Positions 35,591 to 50,017 of a DNA stretch of 64,000 nucleotides are shown one piece after another (within the stretch, counting starts at the first letter, position 1; the number at the start of each line of letters is the position of its first letter). The stretch spans positions 60,824,001 through 60,888,000 of the forward strand of contig NC_087436.1 in assembly GCF_036321535.1 (NCBI RefSeq), read 5' to 3'. Position numbers and translations under genes: made by a program. Source of the DNA: Camelus dromedarius. Lineage: Eukaryota. Below the pieces are notes generated by a model. That model did no database searches and was not told where the DNA came from. It saw nothing but the letters and a program-made list of their open reading frames with translations.

Positions 35591-38500
35591 GGGAGGGAGG
35601 TGGCGGGAGAGCAGTGTTAGAACCTTAGCAGCACCTGTGTTTGGGGGCTAAAGGGACGCTTTGACACGGAGAAGGGGAGAAATGGCCTGAGAAGCTCCTT
35701 GGGCACCCAGAGGGACAGTGTGTTGCTGGGGAGGCCAGGATGGAAGCATGACAAAGTGACAGAATCTGCAGCCATGCATGCGAAGGGACGAAACAGGACC
35801 CAGCTGGTTTCTCAATGAAGAGGCCCCTGATGAATGCAGCCGGGACAGTTTCTGTGAGTAGAGGAAACTGATTTTACAATGTTGGGGAGTAGGAGAAGTG
35901 GGCCTAGTCGCTCTCTTTTTTTGGAGAAAGATCAAAAAAACAGCAGCCAAGGTCGATGTCGGGGCAAGTGAAAGCACAATGGATTATGGGGACACTGGTT
36001 TGGTTTGGTTTTGCAGAGATGAGGCCAGAGTCTAAGATTTATACAGAAAGGTAAGGGTGTGGTGGAGAAGTCAGCCCACAGAACGTGGGCAGCTTCTCTC
36101 CTAAATAAATGAACATGTTTACTGAATATCAGCTTTGTGGCCACTCCAGGAATAAATGTGACAGAGCCTTGAGCTTCAAAGGTCTCACAGTCCTGAGTAC
36201 CTAGAGACCTGTGTGCCTCTGCCATGAAACCTTGAGAAGTAAGTGTAGCCGGCGTGGATTAGTGATAAGCAATCTTTTTTACATGAGGCCCAACTCAGGA
36301 AAGATGTGTATGGTCCCCAGTTCTCCTTGCAGCTACCTTTAAGCATTCTTTATTTCTCCATCACAGAAGGGGTTCGTTTTTAGGTTAAAATTTCACAAAC
36401 AACCCCACTGCAGCGACCTTGGTGACAATACCAAGTGTTTGAAGAAATGTGAGGTGACACCACGTGGGATTGGTGAAGAGGTTACCACATAAAGGCAGGA
36501 AAGAGAGCTGGCATCAGGATACAGCCACAGACCAGGAACAAGCAAAAAACTCTGGCCCCTTGGAAAAGTCTGTGTATGGTGGCAACTGGAAGAAGGGGGC
36601 TGACCTTTGAGTGGGAGCATGTAGCGGGTGTGGAGTAAAGTGGCCATGTGCAGGGTTAGAGAGAAGGGGAGAAGGGATGCTGGTGCAAAAGAGAAATCTC
36701 ATCCTCCCTTATCTCCTCGGCCTAAAAACAATTAAAAGAGAAACTTGTATCAGGCTTGATCCGGCCCATCTTCGGAATAAACTTTGTAGTCCTTTAACTG
36801 GCTCTAGAGATTCCCAGAAGATTTAAAGATCAATTCTCCTCCAAGTCTGTCCAGAAACCAGTGCCCCTGGGGTTTGTGTAACCATTGCGCCATTGTGTCT
36901 CATTCTTATGCAAATATTCTGAAGCACAGCAATCAAGGAACCAGCCCCAGGGAGTAAACAAGCTTTAGACACACGATGAAGATGCTCATTTTGCTTCAGA
37001 TTTAAGAGGGCCTACCTGGAGCACAGAATCCCCTGAGCTTACTGGAGATTGAAGGACGCCTGTAGTCTGTCGGTTTGCTGGGTTGTCAACCACCATTTAG
37101 CCCTGGGCCAGCCCTCCTCCGCTGGCTCAGTGGGTCCTCCTCGGGGCAGTCCCAGCCATTTTAAAGCAGCCTAGGTCAAGTAAAGGAAGACCCATTCCAG
37201 TTCTTTCCTTCCTTCCAGGATGGGTATTTACGCAGGCAGAGGTGGTATGTTTAGAAGGGGCTCTTTCAACACATCTCTAGACAGTGATGTTCTACCTTCT
37301 GCAATGACCTGTCCAATACTTCTAAGAAGCCTTTGAATAGTTTTCTGACACTTTAATAAGGCCCATGAACCTCACCAAGGTGGTTTTAAAAACCTTTGCT
37401 TTCTTGAAACTTTCCTGCCTGAAGCCATTGCCTCACCCTAGATAAGCTTCCTCCCTTCAGCTTCCTCCCCACTTTCAAAACTCACCTTCACCTCCAAAAT
37501 CCCGGCTCCAGTTTGCCAGATGTAGAAGCCCTGCCAAGCCTTGGTCCTTCAACAAAGCGAGTCTGACATTTCAACGTTCTTCAAAAGGCACCCCTAGCCT
37601 TCATGAATGACTTTTTTCTCTTCACTCCTATGGTTAATTTGTAACACATTCACTCACACTCCTTAATTCAGAAAACATTTATGAAGACTTACTGCATGCC
37701 TGGAGATTTTCTAAGGTGCACTAACAACTTCAGGGTGTATAAAGTGGGCAGCCCTACTGCCAAGGAGCTCACAGATCAGTGAGGGAGGATGACATGTAAA
37801 CATTGCTGTGTGGTAGGTGCTATGTTTGGGATGTTCCCCCAAGTACTATGAAAAACCATCCCAGACTTGGGGGCCCTAGAAAGACTTCCTGGAAAAGAAA
37901 TAGGGAAGGGCATCTCAGGCAGGCAAGTACATAGGCAAAGGCTTAGAGAGGGGTCTTAGCCCATTAAGAACCCCGGTGGGTCAGCCTCATCGCACTCTCC
38001 CCTTGCCCTGCCTGACCTTACCCTCCAGCCCGGGGAGGTGGGATGAGACTGGAGTGGAGTTCAGGGTCCAAAGCATGAAGGGTGTTTTCAGCCATGCTAA
38101 GGAGTCTGGCCTTGATCCCTTGGGCAGATGGCCATTAGGAAAATTGCTTTGTAGTGTACCGAATGTATTGGTTGGGGTGAGGGGACTGCAAGAGTGAAGG
38201 TGCCTCACACAGGATCTGATGCGCGTAGGAAGTAGATGAGGGTTTCTTCCATGAGGAGGCAGCCAGAAGGCTGGGAGGTTTCCCAGGTGAGAGATGACTG
38301 AGGCCTAAGATCAACAGATGACTGTCTTCAGAGTATTTATTTCTTCATTTGCATGGGCGTATGGTCTCTCTCCTTCATTGAACTGAAGCCCTGAGATGGC
38401 ATTTTTGTCTTGTTTACTGCTTATTATGAGCCCAGGACTTATAATAGTGTCTAGATGTTAAGAGGCACTCAATAAATATGTGAATGAAGGAAAGAGAGCA

Positions 38501-38619
38501 GCTGACACAATTTGACAGGTGGCTGACTGTTTGGGGTGGGGGCAGGGTAGAGGGAGGCAGGGTGCCTGCAATCCCGGCCCTAATGCTGCCATCCCTGAAA
38601 TGAGGCCCCCTTAGAGTTG

Positions 38620-39090
38620 GTGACTCTTATTTTCTTATTGCTGCTACAACAGATGACCACAAACTAAGAGGCTTAAACCAACACACATCTGTTCTCTTAA
38701 TACTTCTGGAAGTCCGAAGGCTGAAATCAATTTGAGTTAAAGGCAAGGAATCAGCAGGGCTGGTTCCTTCTTTCTAGGGATACAGGGAAGACTCTGATTT
38801 TCTTTTAAATTCTGGAGGCTACCTGCCTTCCTTGACTTCTGACCCCCTCCTCAAATTACTCCAACCCCCTGCTTCCAGCCTCAGATCTCCTACTTGCTCT
38901 TTTGTACTCAAATCCCCCTCTGCCTCCCTCTCATAAGGACACTTGACTATGTTCAGGGCCCACCTGGATAATCCAGGATAGTCTCTGCCTTTCAAAATCT
39001 TCTATTTAATCACATCTGCAAAGTCCCTCTTGCATATAAGGTAACAGTCACAGGTTCTAGATATTAGGACATTGATCTCACTGGGGGGAG
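38620..39090 (-). mobile_element. MaLR (MLT1-like) LTR
   Basis: gggcccacctggataatccaggata, aatcacatctgcaaagtccct, aggtaacagtcacaggttctag. Confidence 0.85.
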
Positions 39091-39157
39091 ACTGATGTCA
39101 CTATGACAGTGACCAGAATGTGAGACAGTTACTGGGTGCTTGAGTTGAGCCCCCATT

Positions 39158-39811
39158 TGTAATCGGTAGATATAGCCAGTGTCCAGGTTCTTGTCGCATC
39201 CCAGGAGAAATTCAGAGACAAGACACAGAGGTTAAGAAAGTAAAGCCAGGATTATTAAGGGATGGATAGTACACTCTCAAGGGGAGAGCGGGCAGGCTCA
39301 GGTGAGCAGCTGTGCTGAGTTTCTTTGGCAAATTGGTTACATAGAGTATAAAAATGAGTGGGCGGGATATTCATTGAGGAGGGAAGGGCTTGGGGTCACA
39401 TTCCCCAATTTTCATCCCAAATCCACCTTCGCAAAGGAAGGAAGGATTTTTGTCTTTATTTAGTCTGGATTGGAATTGTCATGGTGTCAGTGAATGATGG
39501 GTGCTTCTCATCTGCAAGGCTAATTTTATTGTGACGAGGGCATATTGAGCCAAAGGTTACATTTGAACACTGGAGAGTCCTGCCTTTTCCCACCTTTCTT
39601 TGTCAGCCTCCAGGCCTCTAGTCACCCCTAAAGGAGTGACCACTTATCAGCCCAGAGGTTCCTGCTTTTCTTTCTCTGCCCAGGGACCCCTGGAGCTCAC
39701 GTGATGTATGGTTTCCTGCATTTGGCCTGTGCCCTTCCTTCCTGCCTAATTCCTGTCATTTGGTCTGTGTCCCCCTTTCTGCTCATATCCAGCTATCTGC
39801 CTGCTCTAACA
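39158..39811 (-). mobile_element. Complete lineage-specific ERV solo LTR
   Basis: TG...CA termini with a perfect 4-bp TSD catt (39154-39157, 39812-39815); orientation inferred. Confidence 0.85.
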
Positions 39812-39854
39812 CATTGAGATTGATAGGACTGAACCTCTTCACCTGAGAGGCAGG

Positions 39855-40075
39855 GAAACCGTATTTAGGGACACAACCTGGAGCCAGACTGCCCAAATTC
39901 AAAGCTCTGCTACTCACTAGCTGTGTGGCCTTGGGTAAGTTACTTAACCTCTCTGTGCCTCAGTTTCTTTATCTGTAAAATAGATAATAATAGTTGTCAC
40001 ATAAGGTTGCTGGTATGAGTTAATGATAAAAGCAGGTAGACTGAGTGAGTAGTGCCAGTCACACATAGGAAATGT
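39855..40075 (+). mobile_element. MIR
   Basis: gccttgggtaagttacttaacctctctgtgcctcagtttctttatctgtaaaat. Confidence 0.9.
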
Positions 40076-41084
40076 TCACTGTTTGGGAAAGCCCACAGGG
40101 AAAACCTGAGGATGCCCTGATCCCACTTCTCAACATGAAATTGTGTCAGTGGCTCAACCCTGAAGAAACAGACTACACCGGGCATCTGAAGTCTCTCCTG
40201 TATGTGGGAGATCAAAGGACTTGGTGGTGGTGAAGCAGGACTCCACATTGCTCCTCAGAACTCCTCCATTGAATCTCTGTCTTCAGTATCAACATCTACC
40301 AGTTTTAGACCATCTTTCTTTAAGTTCCCTAACAGCCAGGTGAAAAGGAGCCCCCTTTTTCATATACCATCTTCCCAGTTGTTAGTGAGACTTCCAGTGC
40401 TAGCAAATTACTTTACTTCTCTGCGCAACAGTTTCTTCATGAATAAAATGATAAAAGTCAACACTAAAATAGAACCTGCTGGATCCTGGTTGAAAATGGG
40501 AGGGTAGCTGGGCCCTGGGTTTCTGGGCTGCTAGGTCAGTCCCAGCCACAGCTGGAGTGCCTTATGTCAAGTGGCACCCATGACTAAGGGCTCAGCTGCA
40601 CCACAGAGAGCATGAGAGACCCGAGTTTATCATCTACTCCCAACCCCGTACCAGGCAGGTCCAAGCCCTTTCCCTGGGGAGATGGTACTCATACTCTATT
40701 TCATAACTCTCATGTGAATCCACTTCCAACCACTCCCCAGTGGGGACCACAGCACTGATTGGGATAATTATTCTGCCCATGAACCAGAAAAGTATAGGAG
40801 ACCTAAGTTCACTTTTGGCCAGAATGCCACTTCAGCCTGGCAGCAGCACCTAGTTTCAGCCTTCAGATTCTTCTCCAGGCTCCCTGAAGCAGCCCCACTG
40901 TCCCGCACAGAGGGCTGAGTCTCAGCTCTGCGGGGCCCCTCCTAGAGCATGGCAGCTGCCACCTGCAGGCTTTACCTTAGAGTTATCTCAGTATAACTAA
41001 TTTAATTTCCAAACTAAATTCTCTATAGAACCACAACTATGGTTTCCATTTTCCTAGAAACTAAATACACAGAGATTTCTTTTA

Positions 41085-41900
41085 ACTTTTTCTTTTAAAT
41101 AATTTCACACTTACAGAAAAGCTACAGGAATAGTACAGAGAAATCTTGGATACTCTTTTATACTCTTTACTCAATCCATCAATTTTTTTTTGAGGTGAAA
41201 TTCACATAATAGAAAACTAACCATTTTAGAGTGAACAAGTCAGTGGCAATCAGCAATCAGTTCATTCACATTGAATTCATCGACTTTTAACATTTTGCCA
41301 TATTTGCTTTATAATTCACTGTGGCTATATATACACATATGATTATGCATAATGTTTTTTCTAAACCACTTATAAGTTGCATACACCATACTCCTTTACC
41401 TCTTACTACAATTACATGGACTCCTTTAGAATATATTTGCATATAACTATTGTACATTACTTTAATCTATAAATCCATGTTTCAATTTTGTGAAATATCC
41501 TGATAATATCTTTTACAATATTACTTTTCCCATTAGTGCAAGATGCAGTCTAGGATGACACATTGAATTTAGCTGTTTAGTCTCTTTTAATGTGGGGCAG
41601 TCCTTAGCCTTTCTTTGTCTTTCACAACTTTGACATTTTTTAAAGAATACAGGTTAGTTAGAATGTTATTCAGTTTGGGTTGCCTCATGATTAGATTCTG
41701 GTTTTACATTCCATTAAGTGATTTGTGCCCTTTTCATGGTGTTACAATATGATGTCTGTCTGCCTCTGATTGATGATGATACTTTTGATCACCCAGTCAG
41801 GATGTTGTCTAGTTTCTCTCTTGGAAAGTTACACTTTTGCTTCTTGGCAACAAGCAAGCAATCTGGGGAGAGTCACTTTGAGACCACATAAATATTTAGA
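41085..41900 (-). mobile_element. Old L1 (L1ME/MC-like) 3' fragments
   Basis: aatttcacacttacagaaaagctacaggaatagtaca; ttttgatcacccagtcagg. Confidence 0.65.
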
Positions 41901-43244
41901 AATTTCACAATACTTATCTTCTGTACATTTTGCTGTTTGGTCTTAGATTTTTCTTGGAGTCAAAGGTATTGTAAAGAAAGCTTTAAAATGTCCAGGTGTT
42001 AGGGTGCAACATATAACTCCAAAACTTTTATTATTTCTTTAAAGGAAAAAATAAAACATACTATAAAAAGAAACTATAAGTTAGGCTTACTTTGTGTTTT
42101 CTAATGTATATATATTCCCCTGTTCCTAAACAAATTGACTTTTATCTATACCTACCACACTGGTCTGCATTCAGCTTTGTTGTTGTTGTTGTTGTTGTTG
42201 TTGTTATTTAACAATATATCCTGAAGATCATTAAATATCAGCACATTAAAAATTATTCATTTCAGTAGCTGCAAACTATTCCACTATATACAGGCACTGT
42301 GATTTATTCAGTTAGTCCTCTATTACCTTTATGTAAGCAATGATGCAGAATAACCATGTACAAATATCAGTGCAAGTATGTCTATAATATAAATTCCTGG
42401 ATGTAAAATTTCTGAGTCAAAAAGTTTGTGATTTTGTATTGTAATTTTGATACATGTTGCTAATGTATCCTTCATCAAGATTCCACAGATTGTACCAACT
42501 GAGAGGAAATACATTTTAGCAGTTTTTTCTTTATCTCCTTTGCATGGCTCCTCCTACATGCAATGGCTGTGAGAAAAGAAATTTGAAAATAGTGGTCTTC
42601 TGCCCATTTTTCAATTAGGTTGTTTGGTTTTATTAACATTAAGTTTTACAAGCTGTTTATGTATTTTGGATATTAACTTCTTGTTGGTCATATCATTTGC
42701 AAATATTTTCTCTCACATTCAGGAGGTGGTCTTTTCTTTTTTTTTTTTTTTTGATGGTTTCTCTTCTACAGGTATTTTAAAATTGAGTAAACTTCAAGTT
42801 CAGAAAAGTACAATAGTAAGCATTTAATAAAATAGAAAATTTAAATATTTTAAAAAATATATTTAAAGTAAAATGTTTTTGTCATTTATTCAATCATTCA
42901 AGAAATATCTATGAAGTTCTTACAGTGTGCCAGGCATTATTTCAGACATGAAGAACACAGCAGACAAATTCTCTACATTCTGGAGCTTTTATCGTGGTGG
43001 GAGAACATGACAGTCAATAAAAACAAGGAGAGGATAAATAATAATATAATGTTTAATTTTAGCTAGTGATATGTGATATAAAGAAAAATACAAACTTGAA
43101 TATTTATTGGTATGAAAAGATCTTCAGAGTATATGGTTAAAATGGGAGTTGCAAAATAAGTTATAGGGATCTCTATTTTAGGTATGTAGGTATATTAACA
43201 AAAAAAAAGAAAGTTGAGAAGCATATACATAAAATATAAGTATA

Positions 43245-43659
43245 TACAATGGAATACTGCTCAGCCATGAAAAGAATGAAATTTTGCCATTTGCAGCACC
43301 ATGGATGGACTTGGAGGGCATTATGCTAAGTGAAAGAAATCAGACAGAGAAAGACAAATACTGTATGCTATCACTTATATGTGGAATCTAAAAATGCAAC
43401 AAACTAGTGAATAAAACAAAAAAGAAGCCAACTCACAGATATAGAGAACAAATTAGTGGTTACCAGTGGGGAGAGGGAAGCCGGGAGGGGCAATATAGGG
43501 GTAGAGTGGGGAAAAAAAGGAGTTATTACGGGATTGTATAAATTCATATGTGTGAAACTTCTGAAAATTGTAAAGCACTATAGTATTTAAAGAACCTTTC
43601 ATTCAGTTAAAAATAAAATATAAGTATATAAAATACCAAAAAAAAAAAAAAAAAAAAAA
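43245..43659 (+). mobile_element. Younger 5'-truncated L1 3' end with long poly(A)
   Basis: acaatggaatactgctcagccat...atggatggacttggagggcattatgctaagtgaaa; A-run to 43659. Confidence 0.9.
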
Positions 43660-46614
43660 GAGACCATTTGAATTTGGGATATGGTTCCCAATATTAAGAA
43701 CAAGAAAAATGCAAGGAACTGAATTATCTAAGACCTCCAAAACCTTGAAACTATCAGATTTTATGGCTACCTGGAGGGAAATTTTTCCTGCTGGCCTGGA
43801 GTCATTATTGACAAAAATAATTGATGGGGTGATGATTTGTGTAAGATCTCTGGCATGCATTATTATGCTCCCCTGCTCACCTCTATGGTCAGATTTTTAT
43901 GTTACCTAGAGCAATGCTTTGCACTTAGTAGATGCTGCATAACTGTTGCAAGCTGGCGAGAAGGAATATATGAACTTACTGTGGAATGGGAAAAAGATGT
44001 AACTACTTTGGGAAAGTAACCAAACAGCTTGAGGTTCCAGGATGGAGTGTATTTGCAAATCAGGAAATATTCAACCCCAGGAAGCAGATGCTGGTATGCT
44101 TTTGGTGAAAATACCTTTTTCACTGAAAGCTCTGGGGTCACATTTTTACTTTGGTGACTATCAAAATTTTTAATCTGCCCAGGGAATTTATTTACAAAAT
44201 GACATTCTGAGTGACTGCTTCCATTCACAGCAACCTGGGGGTTGTGATAATTGCCTTTGATGTCTGTTCTGTGGCCCTTCTACCTCTCCTAACCCCTGTC
44301 ACTGTCAATTACCCTGGGAGGCGGCTCACGACAATGGAGACTACAGCCTCAGTGAAGGCGGTATCCACGGAGCCAGAGGCTGCACACTGCTAAAGGCTAC
44401 CCTGAGAGCTAAGGGAACTCCCAGGGGTTTGCTCACACTGAAATATATGATTTTCTTTTCTGCAATGTGTGCCTATTGTCACACGGTTTTGGGCAACAGT
44501 TCCATCTCAGATCTCCACTGGATCCCCAAGTTGCCTCTGTTGTAGGCAAAGTGATTCTTAATATTGCAAGCATACAGCTGGAATATTCCAAAGACAAGCA
44601 TAGAAAAGAGAGGATCCTGGCTAGGGTGATGACAGTGCCCTAGGGACTGTATTCCATAAACCATTTCCCCCTTCACCCAGCAATTTTTCCTGAGGGATTA
44701 AGATAACTTTAGGCAGTGCCAGAGAAAGGAACTAACATTCATTGATTCATAATTATGGGGCACAGGTTTTACAGATCCATCTTAATCCTAGAATATTTAA
44801 GAGGTATTATCAGTCCCAATTAACATTAGAAAAATGAGGCATCCTTGGGATCTAAACTCAGCTCTCTAGACTCTAAAATCATATTCTTTCTACTACAAGA
44901 AGCTTTGGGAGAGTGGGGAGTGGGAGTCAAGATTACTGGCTTGTTTGGAGCAGTACACTCAGTAAATGACACAGAGACAGTGCTTCACAGAGAAGAACAT
45001 AAAATAATCTAATGTGAATATTAGTTTAATTACATTGGAACAAAACATTCATCTTTAATGCATCTTGATTTAGAGGAAATAACTGAAATTTTAAAAGTAC
45101 TTAATTATATTGAAAATACTTAATTATAAACTTTTAAACAATTTAATGTGTCTTGATCCTCAGCCTATCATACCTCTACAATTAGTCAAGCACCTGAAGC
45201 TTTTTTCAGGTCCTAACTCTCCAGATTTCTACTGTTGGCCATCTCCCGGTAAGATAAACGAACAACGCCAGCTATATTAAAGTTGTACTATAGTCTCTCA
45301 CTGCCTTCCATAATTAATCACATTTCAAATATCCCAGAGTAATATAAGTTATAGTCATCATCATAAACTTCTCAATGTCTTAATGAGAGCAGTTGCAATG
45401 TTATTTAAAATTGACAAATTGTTTCCTATAAATGACATTAAAATATACTTGCAAACTTGATGAATAGAGTTGCAGGCCGAAGTGGTTACAAAGAATTCCT
45501 TGGGATCAAGAAGTTCACAGAAAGGAAATTTTAAAATTATCAAACTCTTGATTGTGTGGAATAGCACAAGAACAAACTGTCATAGAGAACGCGAGGCTGT
45601 CTACAAGCAGTGAAAGGTAGGTGTTTTAAAAATAGAAAAAGATTTTTTTTTAAGTGGCTACCACTGATTCTGGAAGGAAAAAAAAGAATATATAGCAATT
45701 TTACCTCTTCTGTTTGACACATGTTCTTGGAGATGACTTTGTCGCAGGGTTGAGTCTAAAATAAAGAATGTATCCTTTCCATTGTCATTATTTAAGTCCT
45801 ACTTATCAATATAAAAGTCCAGCTCTCTGAAAAAAATTGGATACTTAAAAGCAGTTTAAGTATTTAGTTGTAGCAAGTAACTTGAATGAGTATGCAGAAT
45901 GTCACAAATTTTGAACTTGTACATCTGATTTTGGAAAATATTTCTACAATAGATTTAGTTTTAATTTGTCCCACTTCCATGCAGAAATCTCTTGGATCCC
46001 TAAAGTTTTCCTATGTTCCTTTTACTTCTTTTTGTAACAGTGCTTCTTAAATTTAATATGTATGGACATCTTGTCAAAATGCAATTTCTGATTCAGTAGG
46101 TCTGGGTCAGGCTTCAGATTCTGCACTTTTAAAAGCTCTCAGGTGATGACAGTGTTGCTAATGGATGGGCTACACTCTGTGAGACTTCAGATCACAGAAT
46201 TCTTAAAATTCAGATCTTAAAAGTGGGAACTAAATGGATTAATAGAGGAAGAGTTTTCATAAGGGGATATTTAAGAATGACAAGAATATGAATAGAAACT
46301 ATCTTAAACCAGGATTTGTTGAGGGCTTTACTATGGAGAAACACTGATGAGTTTTAAACAAGGAGGGACTTGGTTAGATTGGTTTACTATCACTCCTTTC
46401 TTGCTAAGTAAGCACTAAAATTTAATCTCAAAGTCCATATTAACAATACACAAGCCACCACTGGGAAAATATCCAGATAACAGCAACAAACAGCCCTAGC
46501 CAAATCTTTCTCTCTCCTTGTCTCCCCACCTCCCTCAAGGCAGTTAAGTGCAAGTTGAGAAATTTCATCAAGCATAGAATAACAGATACAGTCTTTACTC
46601 AAGATGTTATCTCT

Positions 46615-47000
46615 ACACAGACATACAGAACAAACTTATGGTTACCAGGGGGTAAAGGGGGTGGTAAGGGATATTGGGAATTCAAAATTTGTACCTCTTG
46701 GAGAGTGATGGAAATGTTAGCTATCTTGATTGTGGTGGTGGTTTCATTGGTTTATATACATCTATCAAAGTTCATTAAATTGTATATCTGAAATATGTGT
46801 AGTTTACTTTCAGAAATCATATCATTATAAAGGTATTTAAAAAATATTCTATCTACAACAGCCTTGGGAAGTACTGCTATCTATCTCCATTTATACATGA
46901 AGAAATTGAGACTCAAGAGTTGTAGGAATTGCTCAAGTTCACTGAGCTAGTTAATGAAACAGCTAGGCTTTGAGCCCAGAGATTCAGGCTCTAGAACCCA
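46615..47000. mobile_element. L1 3' fragment followed by a MIR
   Basis: acagacatacagaacaaacttatggttaccagggg; ccatttatacatgaagaaattgagactca. Confidence 0.7.
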
Positions 47001-48723
47001 CATACTACTTGAATAGAAGCTTCCTCAAGTGTTTCTCTTAATAATTCTGTAACAGCACAATGTGATAGCAAGCATCTAATCTTGTTATATTTCACTTTGG
47101 TGAAATCACCAGGATCCTGCTAGAAATGTAGATTATATTTGTGGAGTCTAGCTCTCTTCTCCCAGAAGCCTCAGTTTTATCTGTTGTATACATTTTCTGC
47201 TTGTGCTGCCTTCACATCTTCAACTTCCATTCACCCTACAACCCATACAAAGCCAGCCAGGTGTCTGTCCTCATCACTGTACCCAAAGTGATCTTTTAAA
47301 AGTCATGGCTGTCTTCTGTATTGCCATATCTAATATGTGCACCCTACTCCTTATCTGACACAGCCTCCCAGCAGCATTTGACCCAGCCTTCTGGTTTCCC
47401 TGACACTATACTGTTTTGTTCTCTGATGTCTCTGTTCCCTCTCCAGTCTCCTTTGCTACTTCTTTATCCTCCATGGGTCTTTAATTATTGGAGTTCCAGT
47501 TTGATATTTTATCATGTCAACTATTCTCTATCTGTCTTTATTTCTCCTCTTGGTCTTTTTCCCACTACTTATTGCCTCCCTGTTTATCCTCATGACTTTA
47601 AATACTTTCTTGATGGTACAAATAATTTCCAAATTTACATTGTCAGCACATGCTTCTTCTCTGAACCCTAAGCTTAGAACTCTTAGAACTTGCTTAACAC
47701 GTCCACTGTCATGTTTCATGGGCATCTTAAACCTCACGTGTTCACAATTAAACTTGACTGTAACATATAAGAACTAAAAATAAGCCCCATAACCTGTGGA
47801 GACTGGGTGAATCTTTTGCCAAAGAAATATCTTTCCCCATATGACACTGAATACAAAGAGGATATTTATTAGTTATTTGTCCAAAGTTAAAGTATGGCTC
47901 CCAGAGAAATGTGTATGTGTGTAAAAGATTTGTTTAAGTAAGGAAACAGGCAAATGGTAAAGCTGACCGTTTGAAAAATAGAGACTTGTAAAGTCTGCCA
48001 GGAAGGACATGCTAAATAAAGTTGTTAGGTAATAGAACCAACTAGTTAACGTCCTACAGGGCAATAAGACTATAACAATTTGGCAGTATCTTTTCTACTG
48101 GAGAGGAATCAGTTACCTCTCTACCAAACAAAACTCTACAAGTTAACGTGTAATTTGATAAAGTCTGTGCCTAATCAATGCAAAGCAGCATAGCAGAAGT
48201 GGTCATTTCCCTGGAGATTTAAATCATTCTTGGGTGGGTCTGTTAAGACAGAACTAAAGTATAACACTGAAAAGATAACACAGCCTTCTTTTTGCCTTAT
48301 TTCCGTGTTTTAAATAATTTTTCCTAACAAGTGTCAGAATCTTCACACACTTTTTTCTTGAGCACACAGTTTATAATGGACAGAGCTAGGATTTTGATTC
48401 CCAAAGCGTATATTCCTTCTACCATACTCCATTGACACATATCTTTTCTTTAGGAGGTGTGCTATAGAGATTTTTAGGCTCTAGGTGATAACAATGGAAT
48501 ATCCATTACCAGGATCAAGTACTCTTAGAATTCTGAAGGTTAAGCCTTGTTTCTGGATATTTTTCAAAGCCTAATCTCTTGGGTCCCATTGAGTTTTCTG
48601 TCCTCAGAGACCTAGTAAATACTTCAGGTTTAAATGATTCATTTGCCATTTTACCCAATGTTTTACTTAGTGATAGTTATTTTTATGTACATGTCCAGTC
48701 TCCTCAAGTAGAATGTAAACCTC

Positions 48724-48852
48724 TTTTTTGAGGGGTGGTAATTAGGTTTATTTTTAATTTTTTAAAATTTATTTTAATGGAGGAACTGAGGATTGAACCC
48801 AGGACCTCATACATACTAAGCACACACTCTACCACTGAGCTATACCTTCCCC
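48724..48852 (-). mobile_element. vic-1-like SINE
   Basis: Reverse complement ggggaaggtatagctcagtggtagagtgtgtgcttag...gggttcaatcc; flanks tgtaaacct / tgtaagcct. Confidence 0.9.
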
Positions 48853-49369
48853 ACTGTAAGCCTTTTAAAAAGAGGTTTTCTTTCTTAATACATTACTATA
48901 GTTACAACTCCTTGAATAGGCTCTACAATGCTCAATAAGGATTAGCTGTAATGAGGCCACATATAGGTGAAAATGAAAGCTAAAGAAGTTGAGACAAAGG
49001 AGACCTAATATTAAGTAAAATAATATGGAAAACATAATGGAATGAAGGAAAGTGAAAAACTAGAAGGATTGGATTTGATATACTGATATACTATGGAGGC
49101 CATACTTAGCCCGGAGGAGAATTCCTGAGAGGGAATTTCCAGTGACACCTGCTGGAGGAATGTTGTTTCATGAGTTAATCATGTCTTTATTCAGCAATTT
49201 ATTTTGAGTGTCTGCTGTATATTAACCACTAGGATACAGTTATGAGTAAGTCAGACATGACCCAAACTTCATGGAGATTATAGTATAATGGATAAGACTA
49301 ATTGCACAAAGAAAATTAAATTGCTATTAAGAAATTACACTTACATAAAAAGTTTCCTTAAAAACATAA

Positions 49370-49745
49370 TGTCTGATAATGTACCTTACCAGGAATCCTC
49401 AAAACTGTGAAGATCATCAAAAATAAGGAAAGTTTGAGAAGCTGTCATAGCCTGAGGAGACATGATAGCAACTAAATGTAATGTGGTGTCCTGGATGGGA
49501 CTCTGGGACAGAAAAAGTACATTAGGTAAAGACTAAGGAAATCTGAATAAACTATGGAATTTAGTTAATATTAATTTATTTTAAGTAACAACCACATATT
49601 GGTTCATTAACTATAACAAATGTGCTATTTTAATATAAGATAATAGGGGAACTATGTTGGGCTGAAGGTATACGGGACTTTGTACTATTTGCTCAATTTT
49701 TTTGTAAATCTAAAACTGTTCTAAAAAAGTAAAGTCTCAAAAAAT
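49370..49745 (+). mobile_element. Old L1 3' UTR fragment
   Basis: aaatgtaatgtggtgtcctggatgggactctgggacagaaaa; tgtaaatctaaaactgttctaaaa. Confidence 0.8.
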
Positions 49746-50017
49746 TTTAAATGCTTTTACTGTAAATAAAACAAAAATCATTTATTATAAACACTGAAAA
49801 GGCAAAAAACTAAGCATTTGTTCTAGAGTCTCTAAAGGTGTTAAGAAAGTTTCCTGTGAAATCACATAAAAGCTGAGACTTGCAGTTTGCTAAGAAGTTG
49901 GCCAAGAAAAGAGGACATCAGTATCCTTCTAGGCAGAGGTCACAGGGAATTCTAAGACTGAGAAAGTTAAAGCAAGTTCAGCATGACCACAGCAGGAACC
50001 CTGGGCAAAGATTAGAT

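Noticed and set aside
35932..36225. QCPHNP peptide reminiscent of renalase (CSPHNPQC)
   Set aside because: Similarity is limited to a few residues, with no flanking match or exon structure.
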